DNA of 64,000 nucleotides from an uncultured Chloroflexia bacterium (GTDB lineage: Bacteria; Chloroflexota; Limnocylindria; Limnocylindrales; CSP1-4). Below are positions 1 to 10,404 of the stretch, in pieces; position 1 is the first letter of the stretch; the number at the start of each line of letters is the position of its first letter. The DNA lies in NCBI GenBank assembly GCA_963734535.1, contig CAVTHS010000008.1, positions 352,001 through 416,000 of the forward strand, given 5' to 3'. The notes beneath the pieces are model-generated. The model was not told the DNA's origin. It searched no databases and was given only the letters and a program-made list of their open reading frames with translations. The position numbers and the translations under genes were made by a program.

Positions 1-342
1 GCCCTGGGACGCCGTGAACGTCGTGGCCAGCGCGCCCTTCTGGAGCGCACCGTGGAGGGCGCCGGCCGCGCCGCCCTCGGACTGCAGCTCGACGACGTCG
101 GGGACCTTGCCCCACAGGTTCGGCTTCCCGGCCGCCGACCAGTCGTCGGCGTGCTCCGCCATCGGCGACGCGGGCGTGATCGGGAAGATCGAGATCACCT
201 CGCTCAGGGCATAGGCGATGCGGGCCGCGGCCTCGTTGCCGTCCATGCACACGAAGACCTTGTCGCGGCTCCGGGCGTCTGGTGTGGCGGGGGCGGCGCC
301 CGGTGCGGCAACGGGCCGCTCCAGGGGCGTCTGCAGGGTCAT
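1..342 (-). CDS. nifJ: pyruvate:ferredoxin/flavodoxin oxidoreductase, N-terminal part (runs off window)
   Basis: Manual translation gives MDGNEAAARIAYALSEVISIFPITPASPMAE...QSEGGAAGALHGALQKGALATTFTASQG. GGAGG RBS precedes ATG at 342. Not in the ORF track. Confidence 0.93.
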   Translation of the reverse strand, partial: MTLQTPLERPVAAPGAAPATPDARSRDKVFVCMDGNEAAARIAYALSEVISIFPITPASPMAEHADDWSAAGKPNLWGKVPDVVELQSEGGAAGALHGALQKGALATTFTASQG

Positions 343-725
343 GCTGGACCTCCGATTGCGCGAAGACGGCTGGCGAGACTGCCGCCTTCAACGTGTTTGA
401 GGATTGTGGCGCCGATGCCCGCGTCCCGGGCCTCCCGGGCTTCGTCTGCACCCAGGTACGCGGCGAGAACGACGATGTGATCGCGGGGCGTGACGCCGTC
501 GAGAGCGTCCGCCACCGCACGCCAGCCGCCCCGGAGCGCGCCATCGACGAGGACGAGATCGGGCGCGCAGGTCCGCGCCGCGAGGGCCGCGGAGCCGGCC
601 GAGCGGACCTCGCCGACGACGGCGAAGCCGTGCCGGTTCAGGTGCGCGGCGAGGGCATCGGAAGCGCCGAGGTGGTCGCTCACGATGAGGAGCCGGCGCA
701 CCGGCTGGGGATAGGACGGGAACAT
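339..725 (-). CDS. single-domain receiver (CheY-like) protein, atypical
   Basis: RRLLIVSDH...APDLVLVDGAL...IVVLAAY...ILKH receiver fold pattern. ATGA overlap with nifJ. Confidence 0.7.
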   Translation of the reverse strand: MFPSYPQPVRRLLIVSDHLGASDALAAHLNRHGFAVVGEVRSAGSAALAARTCAPDLVLVDGALRGGWRAVADALDGVTPRDHIVVLAAYLGADEAREARDAGIGATILKHVEGGSLASRLRAIGGPA

Positions 726-782
726 GCCGGTAGCGTCGCCCCGAGCCTCCGGACCGGGCACCCGCGCACCGGCCCCAAGAAG

Positions 783-798
783 GGGGCCATTCGGCCCT
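783..798. promoter_or_regulatory. putative DevR/OsdR-type operator
   Basis: Minus strand AGGGCCGAATGGCCCC is an imperfect palindrome about 60 bp upstream of the receiver-nifJ operon. It resembles the recalled OsdR consensus AGGGCCGATCGGCCCT. Confidence 0.45.
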
Positions 799-879
799 GC
801 CAAGGGTCGCGATCTGCGCGGCACACTGCGGAGCGTGGTGGACGTCGCAGGGGACGCGCGATGTCCACCACTACTCATG

Positions 880-921
880 TTCGGGGCGGGCTGACGCGGC
901 TTCGGGGCAGGCTGACGCGGC
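880..921. repeat. 21-bp direct repeat x2
   Basis: ttcggggc(g/a)ggctgacgcggc occurs twice in tandem. Confidence 0.7.
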
Positions 922-1073
922 GTTGACACGCCGTCCGCGCGGGGCGCGCCCAGCTCGGGGTCGCCCGAGGGCGGATACCCGCGGATCCCCGACGCGCAAC
1001 CCGGCCGATGGCGACGCTCGGCGGTCCCGTGGGACCCGACCCGCCGGATCGGGCTCGTACCCGACGCGCCCGC

Positions 1074-2345
1074 CTACAGGTAGTGCGTTCGACGCGCCTG
1101 GATGGTCAGCTCGTCGCGGAAGTCCGGGTGCGCGATCGCGATCAGCGCGGCCGCACGCTCGCGGATCGACTTCCCGAAGAGCTCCGCGACCCCCCACTCC
1201 GTGACCACCGTCCGGACGTGGGCGCGCGTGGTCACGACGCCCGCACCCTCGGCGAGGAACGGGGTGATCCGCGAGACGGTGCCGCCGGCAGCGGTGGACG
1301 GGAGCGCGATGATCGGGCGCCCGTTCGTTGCGAGGGCCGCGCCGCGGATGAAGTCCATCTGCCCGCCGACCCCGCTGTAGAGGCGCCAACCGATCGAGTC
1401 GGCGCAGACCTGGCCGGTCAGGTCGATCGCGATCGCCGAGTTGATCGCGGTCATCCGGCTGAAGCTCCGGATGACGTGGGTGTCGTTCGTGAAGTCGGTG
1501 GCCCGCATCTCGACCATCGGGTTGTCATGGACGAAGCGGTACAGCTTCCGGGTCCCCATCATGAACGTGGCCACGATCTTGCCGCGGTTGCGCTCCTTGG
1601 CGAGCCCGGTCACGGCGCCAGCCTCCACGAGGTCGACGATGGCGTCGGTCATCAGCTCGGTGTGGATGCCCAGATCGTGCTTGTCCCGGAGGCAGTTGGC
1701 CACGGCGGTCGGGATCGCCCCGATCCCCATCTGGAGCGTGGCGCCGTCCGGGACCAGCTCCGCGACGAACTCACCGATCCGCCGTTCGACGGGGTTGATC
1801 TCGCCGTCCGGCCGTGGATAGGGCGCGATGTCCACCTCGACCGCGTAGTCGATCCGCGAGACGTGGACGAAGCTCTCGCCGAGAGTCCGTGGCATGGCCG
1901 CGTTGACCTGGGCGATGACCGTCTTCGCGGCACGGATCGCGGCCTGCATCGCCTCGACCGACGTGCCGAGCGAGCAGTACCCGTGTGCATCCGGCGGGGA
2001 GACGTTGCACAGCACCGCGTCGAGCGGGAGCAGCCCGGCGTCGAAGAGGTGCGGCACGTCGGACAGGAAGACGGGCACGTAGTCGGCACGGCCCTCGTTC
2101 ACGGCGGCGCGGGCGTTCGGGCCGATGAAGAGCGCGGTGTGGCGGAAGTGACCGGCCATCTCGGGCGCGAGATGCGGGCCAGGCCCCTCGATGTGGAGGT
2201 GGACGATGTCCACGTCCCGCAGCTCCGGGGCGCGCGCGACGAGGGCGTCGAGCAGGGCGGACGGCGCGGCGGACGCGCACTGGACGTAGACCCTGTCGCC
2301 GGAGCGGATCCCGGCGACGGCCTCTTCCGGCGAGACGATCTTCAT
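1074..2345 (-). CDS. acetyl-CoA hydrolase/4-hydroxybutyrate CoA-transferase family protein
   Basis: MKIVSPEEAVAGIRSGDRV..., DGATLQMGIGAIP, DLGIHTE, SGVGGQMDFIRGA, VVTEWGVAEL motifs. Confidence 0.93.
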   Translation of the reverse strand: MKIVSPEEAVAGIRSGDRVYVQCASAAPSALLDALVARAPELRDVDIVHLHIEGPGPHLAPEMAGHFRHTALFIGPNARAAVNEGRADYVPVFLSDVPHLFDAGLLPLDAVLCNVSPPDAHGYCSLGTSVEAMQAAIRAAKTVIAQVNAAMPRTLGESFVHVSRIDYAVEVDIAPYPRPDGEINPVERRIGEFVAELVPDGATLQMGIGAIPTAVANCLRDKHDLGIHTELMTDAIVDLVEAGAVTGLAKERNRGKIVATFMMGTRKLYRFVHDNPMVEMRATDFTNDTHVIRSFSRMTAINSAIAIDLTGQVCADSIGWRLYSGVGGQMDFIRGAALATNGRPIIALPSTAAGGTVSRITPFLAEGAGVVTTRAHVRTVVTEWGVAELFGKSIRERAAALIAIAHPDFRDELTIQARRTHYL

Positions 2346-2380
2346 GGCCGCAGTCTGGGAGGGCCGCTCCGGACTGCAAC

Positions 2381-2396
2381 TGTGCCGACCGGCCCC
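2381..2396. promoter_or_regulatory. putative DevR/OsdR-type operator
   Basis: Minus strand GGGGCCGGTCGGCACA lies 36-51 bp upstream of the CoA-transferase start. Confidence 0.35.
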
Positions 2397-2663
2397 ATTG
2401 GCCGAGCCCATCGGGCCCGAAGGGACGCCATGGTCGGGACGGCTCCAGCGCGGGATTCGATCACGGGACCGCCTGCCGAATGCGGACGCAGGTTGCGAAA
2501 CGTCCATCGAGTCTTCGCCGATCCTCGCCCGTCCTCCGGGTATGCTGCGCCGTCGGTTGGTCTTCGGCGCTCGTCGCCGTGGGCCGTCTCGCCCCGACCC
2601 GCGAGAGGCGGGCCGGCATTGCGCTCCCAGCCCCGGTGCTCGGACCGGCTGCACGGAGGATCC

Positions 2664-3869
2664 ATGGACCACGCCACGAACCACCGGCTGCGCGCCGGGC
2701 TGCTCGCCACCCTGCTCCCGCTCGGGCTCGCCCTCTTCCTGCCCGCCGCCGCGCTCGTCCCGACCGTCGCGGCAGCGGATCCCCTGAGCGTGACGACTCC
2801 ATATCCCAGCGTGGCCGCCCAGCCGGGCGCCAGCGTCTCGTTCCCGATCACGATCACGACGGACGCGACCCGGACCGTCGGGCTCACCGTCGACGGCGTC
2901 CCGCAGGGCGGGTCCGCCCGGCTGACCGGCGGCGGGTTCACGGTCGACGCCGTCCAGGCAGAGTCGGGCAAGCCGGCGACCGTCAGCCTCGACGTCACGC
3001 TGCCCCCGGACGCGAACGGGATCATCACGATGACGGTCCACGCGAAGTCGGGAGGCCTCGCCGCCGATCTCCCCGTGCGGCTCCGGATCGAGGGCGGCGC
3101 GGGCGGCAGCGTGACGATCGATCCGCCGACCGGCCAGAAGGTCGCGGCGGGCGGATCGCTCACGTTCACCCTGACGCTCCACAACAACACCCCGCGCGAC
3201 ACGACGTTCACGTTCTCCACCCAGCAGCCCGACGGCTGGCAGGTCAACGCCCAGCCCGGGGGCTCGAGCCAGGCGACCAGCCTCAAGGTCGCCGCGGCCA
3301 GCACCGGGAGCGTCACCGTCAGCGTCGCCTCGCCCGCCACGGCGACTGCAGGCGACTACAAGGTGGAGCTCGACACGGCAAGCGACGGCGACGTCCAGCC
3401 CGACCCGGTCATCCTCCCGGTGACGATCACCGGGAGCTACTCGGTTGCGTTGACCCAGACCCCCGACGAGACGCTCCAGACGTCCGCCCAGCCCGGTGCA
3501 GGGAAGGCCTACATCTGGGTGGTCCAGAACACCGGATCGGGGCCGCTCGGGAACATCACCGTCAGCGCCACGCCGCCGACGGGCTGGACGGTGACCTTCG
3601 ATTCAGCCACGATCCCCAGCCTGGCGCCCGGCAAGACACAGGACGTGACCGCGACGATCACGCCGTCCGGCAACGCGGTCGCCGGCGACTACACGATCCC
3701 GTTCACCGCCACCGTCCCCAGCAGCGGGAGCGTCCCGGGGGCCACGGCCAGCCAGACCGTCAGGGTGACGGTCCAGGTCGGGCTCAACTGGCTGGTCGTC
3801 GGTGGAGCGCTCATCCTGCTCGTGCTGGTCGGCCTGAGCTGGGTCTTCGGGCGGTTCGGGCGCCGCTGA
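2664..3869 (+). CDS. secreted/membrane-anchored Ig-like (NEW3/COG1470-type) protein of ABC operon
   Basis: GGAGG RBS, signal peptide, repeated beta-sandwich units (PTGWTVTF...LAPG...AVAGDY) and a C-terminal TM helix. Confidence 0.8.
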   Translation: MDHATNHRLRAGLLATLLPLGLALFLPAAALVPTVAAADPLSVTTPYPSVAAQPGASVSFPITITTDATRTVGLTVDGVPQGGSARLTGGGFTVDAVQAESGKPATVSLDVTLPPDANGIITMTVHAKSGGLAADLPVRLRIEGGAGGSVTIDPPTGQKVAAGGSLTFTLTLHNNTPRDTTFTFSTQQPDGWQVNAQPGGSSQATSLKVAAASTGSVTVSVASPATATAGDYKVELDTASDGDVQPDPVILPVTITGSYSVALTQTPDETLQTSAQPGAGKAYIWVVQNTGSGPLGNITVSATPPTGWTVTFDSATIPSLAPGKTQDVTATITPSGNAVAGDYTIPFTATVPSSGSVPGATASQTVRVTVQVGLNWLVVGGALILLVLVGLSWVFGRFGRR

Positions 3870-3872
3870 CCG

Positions 3873-5078
3873 ATGGTCATGCAGGCATCCCCGCTCGCGG
3901 CGCGCGGGCGCGACTCGGCTCTCGAGCCGGTCATCGAGGCCCGGAGCCTGACGAAGCGGTACGGCGACCGGGTGGCCGTGGATGACCTCAGCTTCGAGGT
4001 TCGTCCGGGCGAGGTCTTCGGCCTGCTCGGACCCAACGGGGCCGGCAAGACCACAACGGTGCTCATGCTGCTGGGCCTCACCGAACCGACGTCCGGCGAG
4101 GCGCGCGTGGTCGGTGTCGACCCGATGCGCGACCCGCTGGAGGTGAAACGACACGTCGGCTACATGCCCGACACCGTCGGGTTCTACGACGGGCTGAGCG
4201 CGAGCGAGAACCTGGCCTATACGGCGCGCCTGAACCGTATCCCGCGCGCCGTCGCCGCAGAGAGGATCTCGGATCTGCTGGTCCAGGTGGGTCTCGCCGA
4301 GGTCGCCGCGCAGAAGGTCGACACGTTCTCCCGCGGCATGCGCCAGCGCCTCGGCGTGGCGGACGCGCTGCTCAAGGACCCGTCCGTCCTGATCCTCGAC
4401 GAGCCGACGGCGTCCCTCGACCCGGAGGGCGTCGTCGAGCTGCTCGCCCTCATCGAGCGAATCGCCCTCGAGCGGCGGATCGCCGTGCTCCTCTCGTCCC
4501 ACCTGCTCGACCAGGTCCAGGCGATCTGCCAGCGTGTCGGGATCTTCTACCGGGGCCGCCTCATCGCCCAAGGGTCCGTCCGCGACCTCGCGAGCGAGGG
4601 GTCGCGAACCCAGGATGTCGTCGAGGTGGGGGCCCAGGTCTCCGACGGCCGCCCGGCGGGCGTCGACCTCGTGACGGCCGCGCTGCGCGGCATGCCGGGC
4701 GTCGCCTCCGTGGCACCGGACCCCGGCGCGCCGGGCCGCGTCCTCGTCAGGGGCGCGCCCGGGATCGCCGGCGCGCTGGCCACGGGGCTCGCCGCGACGG
4801 GTCTCCACGCGGTCCACCTCCGGACGCACGAGGAGCGGCTGGACGCGATCTACGCGCGGCTGGTGCACGCCGCGGCCGAGGCCCCGCCTGCCGCGCCCGA
4901 ACGCCGCGCGGTCGGCCGGGCGCCCGCACCGCGACGATCGATCCGCCGGGCCCCCGGGCGCGCCGGTCACCCGCGGTCCGGAGGCAGCGACCAGGACCGT
5001 GGCGACCAGGACCATGGCGACCAGGACCGTGGCGACGGCCACGACCATCGTGCCGACGACGCCGGGGGACCCCGATGA
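3873..5078 (+). CDS. ABC transporter ATP-binding protein
   Basis: [25 protein letters not shown] and SSH motifs. Low-complexity tail with 15-bp DQD(R/H)G repeats. Confidence 0.93.
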   Translation: MVMQASPLAARGRDSALEPVIEARSLTKRYGDRVAVDDLSFEVRPGEVFGLLGPNGAGKTTTVLMLLGLTEPTSGEARVVGVDPMRDPLEVKRHVGYMPDTVGFYDGLSASENLAYTARLNRIPRAVAAERISDLLVQVGLAEVAAQKVDTFSRGMRQRLGVADALLKDPSVLILDEPTASLDPEGVVELLALIERIALERRIAVLLSSHLLDQVQAICQRVGIFYRGRLIAQGSVRDLASEGSRTQDVVEVGAQVSDGRPAGVDLVTAALRGMPGVASVAPDPGAPGRVLVRGAPGIAGALATGLAATGLHAVHLRTHEERLDAIYARLVHAAAEAPPAAPERRAVGRAPAPRRSIRRAPGRAGHPRSGGSDQDRGDQDHGDQDRGDGHDHRADDAGGPR

Positions 5079-6133
5079 GCGCGTCCGCGGCGGCTCCGAC
5101 GGGCCCCGCGACGGCGCATCCCCGGCCGGCGACGCGCCCTCCGTCGGGCGGGTGGCGGATCGTCGCGGCGAAGGAGCTCGCGGACCACCTCGGGAGCACC
5201 CGTTTCGTGGTCCTGTTCGTGGTGCTCGGCCTCGCGGGCGCGTCCGCCGTCTACTCGGTCTCGCAGCAGATCGTGAGCGTTGCCGCCGGCGTCAGTTCGA
5301 CCGAGAGTCTCTTCCCGCTGCTCTTCACCCTGAGCGCCTCGGACGTCGCCGCCGCGACGCAGCAATCGGCCAACACGCCACTCCCGTCGTTCGTGGCCCT
5401 GATCTCGCTCCTGGCACCGCTCCTGGGCATCGCCTTCGGGTTCGACGCGGTGAACCGCGAACGGTCCGAGCGAACGCTGCCCCGGCTCCTCGCGCAGCCG
5501 ATCTATCGCGACGACGTCATCAACGGCAAGTTTGCGGCCGGCCTCGCCGCCATCGGGATCGCGCTCGGGGCGGTGCTCGTCGTCATCGCCGCGTGGGGCG
5601 TCATCCAGCTGGGAGTGATTCCCACGGCGGAGGACGTGGCCCGCATCGTGGTCTGGTACGTGGTGGCGATCGTCTACATCGGCTTCTGGCTGGCGCTCGC
5701 CACCCTGTGCTCGGTCGTCATGCGTCGGGCCGCGTCGTCGGCGCTGGTCGCGATCTCCGCCTGGCTGATCGTGTCCCTCTTCGGCGGCCTGCTGATCTCG
5801 ACCGTCGTCGGGTTGCTGGCGCCCGTGAGCGCATCTCCGACGACCGCCGAGGTGATCGCGAACGGCCACCTGCAGGACGCGCTGACGCGGATCAGCCCGG
5901 ATGGCATGTTCCAGATCGCCACCCAGGCCATCCTGGACCCGCACGTGACGGCAGGGATCCTCACGATCGACCAGCGCGTCGCGGTCGCGCAGCAGGGCGC
6001 GGCGGGGTCGATCCTCTCGCTCGACCAGAGCCTGCTGGTGGTCGGCCCGCAGGTGCTGGCCATTGTCGCCCTCAGCGTCGTGTGCTTCGCGCTCGCCTAC
6101 ATCGCGTTCATGCGCCAGGAGGTCCGGGCCTGA
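5075..6133 (+). CDS. ABC-2 type permease
   Basis: KELADHL..., [32 protein letters not shown], multiple TM helices, ATGA coupling. Confidence 0.9.
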   Translation: MSASAAAPTGPATAHPRPATRPPSGGWRIVAAKELADHLGSTRFVVLFVVLGLAGASAVYSVSQQIVSVAAGVSSTESLFPLLFTLSASDVAAATQQSANTPLPSFVALISLLAPLLGIAFGFDAVNRERSERTLPRLLAQPIYRDDVINGKFAAGLAAIGIALGAVLVVIAAWGVIQLGVIPTAEDVARIVVWYVVAIVYIGFWLALATLCSVVMRRAASSALVAISAWLIVSLFGGLLISTVVGLLAPVSASPTTAEVIANGHLQDALTRISPDGMFQIATQAILDPHVTAGILTIDQRVAVAQQGAAGSILSLDQSLLVVGPQVLAIVALSVVCFALAYIAFMRQEVRA

Positions 6134-6342
6134 CGGGCGCTGAGACACAGCTGGATTTCGGGCGCTCTGCCGGCTGGCCCCTCGGCGAGATCGCCCGAGT
6201 CGACATCACGTACCTGGCGTGGCTGGACCGGATGTCGATTCGGGCGGCGCACCCGCGAGGAGGTGGAAGCCGCCCGGTCGCGGCGGGGCGATCAGGGGCG
6301 GCGCCGAGCGTCGCCGGACGCCGAGGCCGGGCCGAGTCGGGG

Positions 6343-7017
6343 CTACGTTCCCGAGCCGGGGAGCCGGTGCTTCGCGACGAACGCCGCGGCCTGTGCCCGG
6401 CGCTGGAGGTTCAGCTTCGAGAGGATCGAGCTGACGTAGTTCTTGACCGTCTTGTCGGAGAGAAAGACCTCCGATGCGATCTCCTTGTTGGTCTTCCCCT
6501 CGGCGACGAGCTGGAGGATCTTCTGTTCCTGGGCCGTGAGCTGGGCGAGCTCGTCGGTGTAGGTTCCCGACGCGATCCGCCGGACGCGCTCCAGGACCTT
6601 CTCCGTGACGGCCGGGTCGAGGAGCGACTCGCCACGTCCAACCGCCTCCAGGGCGGTGACGAGGTCGCGGGCGCGAACCTGCTTGAGGAGGTAGCCGGAC
6701 GCACCCGCGATGATCGCGGAGAGCACGGCCTCCTCGTCGGGGTAGCTCGTGAGCATCACCACGCGTGTCCCGGGCAGCTCGGCCCGGATCTCGCGACAGG
6801 CCTCGATGCCCGATCCGTCCGGGAGGCGGACGTCCATGATCACGAGGTCGGGCTGGAACCTTCGCGCGGCCTCGAGCGCCTCTTCGACCGTGCCCGCTTC
6901 GGCGACGACCTGGAACTTCTCGCGGCGATCGATCAGCGCGACCAGACCCTGTCGCACGACCTCGTGGTCGTCCACGACGAGCAGGCGAAGGGGACGCGGT
7001 TCGGACTGCTCGGTCAT
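6343..7017 (-). CDS. NarL/LuxR-family response regulator (DevR/DosR-like)
   Basis: LLVVDDHEVVRQG, DVRLPDGSGIEACRE, MLTSY, ASGYLLKQ, TNKEIA...KTVKNYVSSILSKL. Confidence 0.93.
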   Translation of the reverse strand: MTEQSEPRPLRLLVVDDHEVVRQGLVALIDRREKFQVVAEAGTVEEALEAARRFQPDLVIMDVRLPDGSGIEACREIRAELPGTRVVMLTSYPDEEAVLSAIIAGASGYLLKQVRARDLVTALEAVGRGESLLDPAVTEKVLERVRRIASGTYTDELAQLTAQEQKILQLVAEGKTNKEIASEVFLSDKTVKNYVSSILSKLNLQRRAQAAAFVAKHRLPGSGT

Positions 7018-7042
7018 GGTCGGGATGGGCCTCCGTCGCGGT

Positions 7043-8407
7043 TCACGCCTCGGCACCCTCGTCGGTCTCATCGACCGAGGGTTCACCGGGTATCCGCACG
7101 ATGATACGCGTCCCGCCATCCGGCGAGCTTTCGATGGCCAGCGTGCCGCCGATGCCGGCGATCCGGGCGTCCATGTTGGCAAGACCCAGGTGACCGAGCC
7201 CGCGCGGCGCGCGCGGATCGAACCCCATGCCGTTGTCGATGATCGTGAGCGTGATCCCCGGCCCTTCCCCGGTCATCCCGACCACGATCTCCGCGCGCGA
7301 CGCCTTCGCATGGCGCGCGATGTTGCTGAGCGCCTCCCGGGCGACGGAGAGGACCTCCAGCGTGCGCTCGGGGCTCAAGGGAACCCCGTCGACGTCCGGG
7401 CCCGCGCGCAGCTCCACGTCGACCATCGTGTTCACCCGGAACTCGTCTGCGAGCGCCGCCAGGCCTTCGACGAGCTCGATGCCGTCGATGAGCTGGGGCC
7501 GGAGACCGAAGATGAAGTTGCGGATGTCGCGGATGGTCTGGTCCAGGCTCTCGATCGCGTGCTCGACCCGCCGGCTCGCCTCCGCAGGCTCCTCCACCAT
7601 GAGGTCCGGCACGTCCTCCAGCGTGAGGCCGACGGCGTAGATCGACTGGATCACGCCATCGTGGAGGTCGCGACCGATGCGCTCTCGCTCCTCGACGATC
7701 GCCAGCCGTTGGACCTGGTCGTGCAGGCGGGCGTTCTCCATGGCGATCGCGGCGTGGCCGGCGAAGAGCTCGACGAGCTGCTGGTCCGTCTCGCTGAAGC
7801 CGCCCTCCTTCTCCGTCAGGTAGAGGTTCCCGATGGTGCGGCCGCGGATCGTGACCGGGACGCCGAGGAACGCGTGCATCTCCGGGTGGTTCGGCGGAAA
7901 GCCAACGCGCCGGGGATCGACCATCAGGTCGGCAAGCCGGTAGGAACGGTTCTCGCGGATGATCAACCCCAGGATGCCGTGGCCGCGCGGCGGCGCGCCG
8001 ATCCGGGCCCGCTCCTGGCGCGGCATCCCCGATGTGATGAACTGCTCGATGACCCCCTCGCTGTCGACGATACCGAGGGCGGCATAGCCGGCTCCGACCA
8101 GGTCGCGCACGCGGTCGACGATCACCTGGAGCACCCGGTCCACGGCCAGGACACCCGCCATTGCCCGGATCGAGGCGTCGAAGGCAGCGAGCCGCTCATC
8201 GGCGAAGGCAATCGCCGCCAGCGCCGTTGCCAAATCGGCATCGGCCGCGAGGCGTTCACCGGCGGGGCGTTCGTCGTCGGCGAGGCGCTCACCGGCCGCG
8301 GGGCGTTCGTCGGCCGCGGGAGGTGCTGCCGACTCGACCCCGCCGGCGCGCTGGCCGGGCAGAGGCCCGTCGGGATCGGCGGCGCGGGGCGCGGCGGCGT
8401 CGGTCAC
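7043..8407 (-). CDS. GAF-domain HisKA_3 sensor histidine kinase (DevS-like, single GAF)
   Basis: GFPPNHPEMHAFLGVPV GAF, ERERIGRDLHDGVIQ H-box, EALSNIARHA, DNGMGF. GTG start chosen from TACCCT -10 located 7 nt upstream. Confidence 0.9.
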   Translation of the reverse strand: MTDAAAPRAADPDGPLPGQRAGGVESAAPPAADERPAAGERLADDERPAGERLAADADLATALAAIAFADERLAAFDASIRAMAGVLAVDRVLQVIVDRVRDLVGAGYAALGIVDSEGVIEQFITSGMPRQERARIGAPPRGHGILGLIIRENRSYRLADLMVDPRRVGFPPNHPEMHAFLGVPVTIRGRTIGNLYLTEKEGGFSETDQQLVELFAGHAAIAMENARLHDQVQRLAIVEERERIGRDLHDGVIQSIYAVGLTLEDVPDLMVEEPAEASRRVEHAIESLDQTIRDIRNFIFGLRPQLIDGIELVEGLAALADEFRVNTMVDVELRAGPDVDGVPLSPERTLEVLSVAREALSNIARHAKASRAEIVVGMTGEGPGITLTIIDNGMGFDPRAPRGLGHLGLANMDARIAGIGGTLAIESSPDGGTRIIVRIPGEPSVDETDEGAEA

Positions 8408-8880
8408 AGCGGCGAGGGTAGCAGGCCGCGACCGCAAGAGCCGGACATGTGCGCGGCCGCCGCGCCGACCGCCGACGCGTACGGCAGGGGCCCCAGTGAC
8501 GGAGCCAAGCGCCCTTCGCCTGCGATCGTGGCGCCGTCCGGCGGGCCGCGCTCCGGAGCACGGCATCGCGGGAAGCGCTGGATCGTGGGGAGCACAGGAC
8601 CGCGGGGAGCACAGCACCGCGAGTATCGGATCTGCCGATGGGATCGCGCGGGTCACGCGTGGAGGTGCGGGCCAAGCCGGGTCTGGCTGCAACGCCCACG
8701 CTCATTCGACCCGAGATGATCGTCAGGGCCGATATTGCCGGCGGGTTCTGTCTCGACCGATCTCGCGCGAAGCGATGGCAGAGCGGAGGTGCCCGGCCGC
8801 CGTGACAATCCTTGGGGCGCCCGGACCCTGGCTCGGCGTGCGCGCATGCGCATGTGTTTTGCCCCTCGGACCCGCCTGAT

Positions 8881-8896
8881 TGTGACAAAGGTCCCA
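8881..8896. promoter_or_regulatory. activator site (DevR- or CRP/FNR-like) upstream of multicopper oxidase
   Basis: TGTGACAAAGGTCCCA (TGTGA-N6-TCcCA), followed by TACCAT -10 at 8919-8924 and ATG at 8933. Confidence 0.5.
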
Positions 8897-8932
8897 TCGG
8901 GGCCACGTTCGCGACGCGTACCATGCCGCCCC

Positions 8933-10360
8933 ATGAAGACGGTCACGCTGCAGGATTTCCAGCCCACGCCCGAGCAGGGCGCTGACGGCGACGCGCACAG
9001 GAGCACGCCGGGCGGCCCGCCCGCAGGGCTGATCGATGCCGCCGTGACCCGCCGCGGATTCCTCCGGGGCGCCGCGCTCGCGGGCACGGGTCTCGTCGCT
9101 GCCACCGTGGCTGCCTGTGCGCCCGCAGCGGGCCAGGCCTGGCAGTACGCCACCTCCAAGCCGCTGGCCAGCGGCAGCCCGGCGCCGGTTGCCTCGGCCG
9201 CGGCCAGCGCGGCGCCGGTTGCCTCGGCCGCGGCCAGCGCCGCCGCGTCGGCGGCGCCGAGCATGAGCATGCCTCCGACGGCGGCCCCCACCGCCGTGCC
9301 GTCCGCGTCGGCGATCGCGAACCTCCCGCCGGGGTGGAGCGAGCACGACATCAACGCCCGCCAGGTGATCCGCCGCTACCTCGGCAAGATCGCTCCGGCC
9401 CTCAAGGGCATCTACGGCGAGGCGGCGTTCGCCAAGCTTGCCGACATGCTGGCGGCCGGCGACAACTACCCCGAGCTCACCGCGATCCCAGAGTTCGCCC
9501 AGGTCACCCAGGGCAACGAGCAAATCGCGCCGAAGATCGTCAACGGCGTGAAGGTCTTCGAGCTGACCATCGACGAGATCGACCACAAGATCGACGCTAC
9601 GAAGGCGCCGCTCAAGGCCCTGGGCTACAACAGGATCTGGCCCGGCCCCCAGCTGCGCGCGACCGAGGGCGACAAGGTCAAGGCGGTCTTCACGAACAAT
9701 CTGAAGGAGACCACCAGCGTCCACTTCCACGGCATCGAGTTCGAGGACTTCTTCCAGGACGGCGTCCCGTTCGTCACGCAGAAGCCGATCGCGCCAGGTG
9801 AGACGTTCACCTACGAGTTCACCGCCACGCCGCACGGCTCGATGATGTACCACTCCCACCACAACGCGACCGACCAGGTCGGGCGGGGGCTCCTCGCCGC
9901 GTTCATCGTCGACCCGAAGGATCCGGCCGAGAGCTACGCCAGGAAATACGGGGTCACCCAGGAGTACACCTGGATCTCGAATGACACCGTCGGCGGCTTC
10001 ACGATCAACGGGCACGGGTTCCCGGCCGTGGCGCCGATCGTCGCCGCGAAGGGCGAGAAGGTTCTCGTCCGCTTCATGAACGAGGGAATCATGATGCACC
10101 CGTGGCACCTACACGGGTACCGGATGCGGGTCGTCGCGCGCGACGGCGCTCGGCTTGGCACTGCCGAGTTCTTCGCCGACACGCTAGGCGTCAACCCCGG
10201 CGAGCGCTACGACGTCATCGTCGATGTCGACCGTCCGGGAGTGTGGGCCTTCCACTGCCACATCCTGCCGCACGTCGAAGGGACCGAGGGAATGTTCGGG
10301 ATGGTCAACACCCTCATCGTCACGCCGACCAAGGTGGACCTGGCGCCGCTCCTGGCGTAG
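8933..10360 (+). CDS. Tat-exported two-domain multicopper oxidase (probable lipoprotein)
   Basis: TRRGFLRG Tat motif and VAAC lipobox. Copper motifs VHFHG, YHSHH, HPWHLHG and HCHILPH...GMFGM. Confidence 0.88.
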   Translation: MKTVTLQDFQPTPEQGADGDAHRSTPGGPPAGLIDAAVTRRGFLRGAALAGTGLVAATVAACAPAAGQAWQYATSKPLASGSPAPVASAAASAAPVASAAASAAASAAPSMSMPPTAAPTAVPSASAIANLPPGWSEHDINARQVIRRYLGKIAPALKGIYGEAAFAKLADMLAAGDNYPELTAIPEFAQVTQGNEQIAPKIVNGVKVFELTIDEIDHKIDATKAPLKALGYNRIWPGPQLRATEGDKVKAVFTNNLKETTSVHFHGIEFEDFFQDGVPFVTQKPIAPGETFTYEFTATPHGSMMYHSHHNATDQVGRGLLAAFIVDPKDPAESYARKYGVTQEYTWISNDTVGGFTINGHGFPAVAPIVAAKGEKVLVRFMNEGIMMHPWHLHGYRMRVVARDGARLGTAEFFADTLGVNPGERYDVIVDVDRPGVWAFHCHILPHVEGTEGMFGMVNTLIVTPTKVDLAPLLA

Positions 10361-10404
10361 GCGTCCGCTCCGCGCCGCAGCACCGAAGACGGGACAACCT
10401 GACC

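Noticed and set aside
923-928. TTGACA -35 element on + strand
   Set aside because: No matching -10 and no credible downstream + strand gene.
8933-10360. Copper nitrite reductase NirK
   Set aside because: It has the four His-rich MCO motifs with the type-1 Cys in domain 2, not the NirK arrangement.
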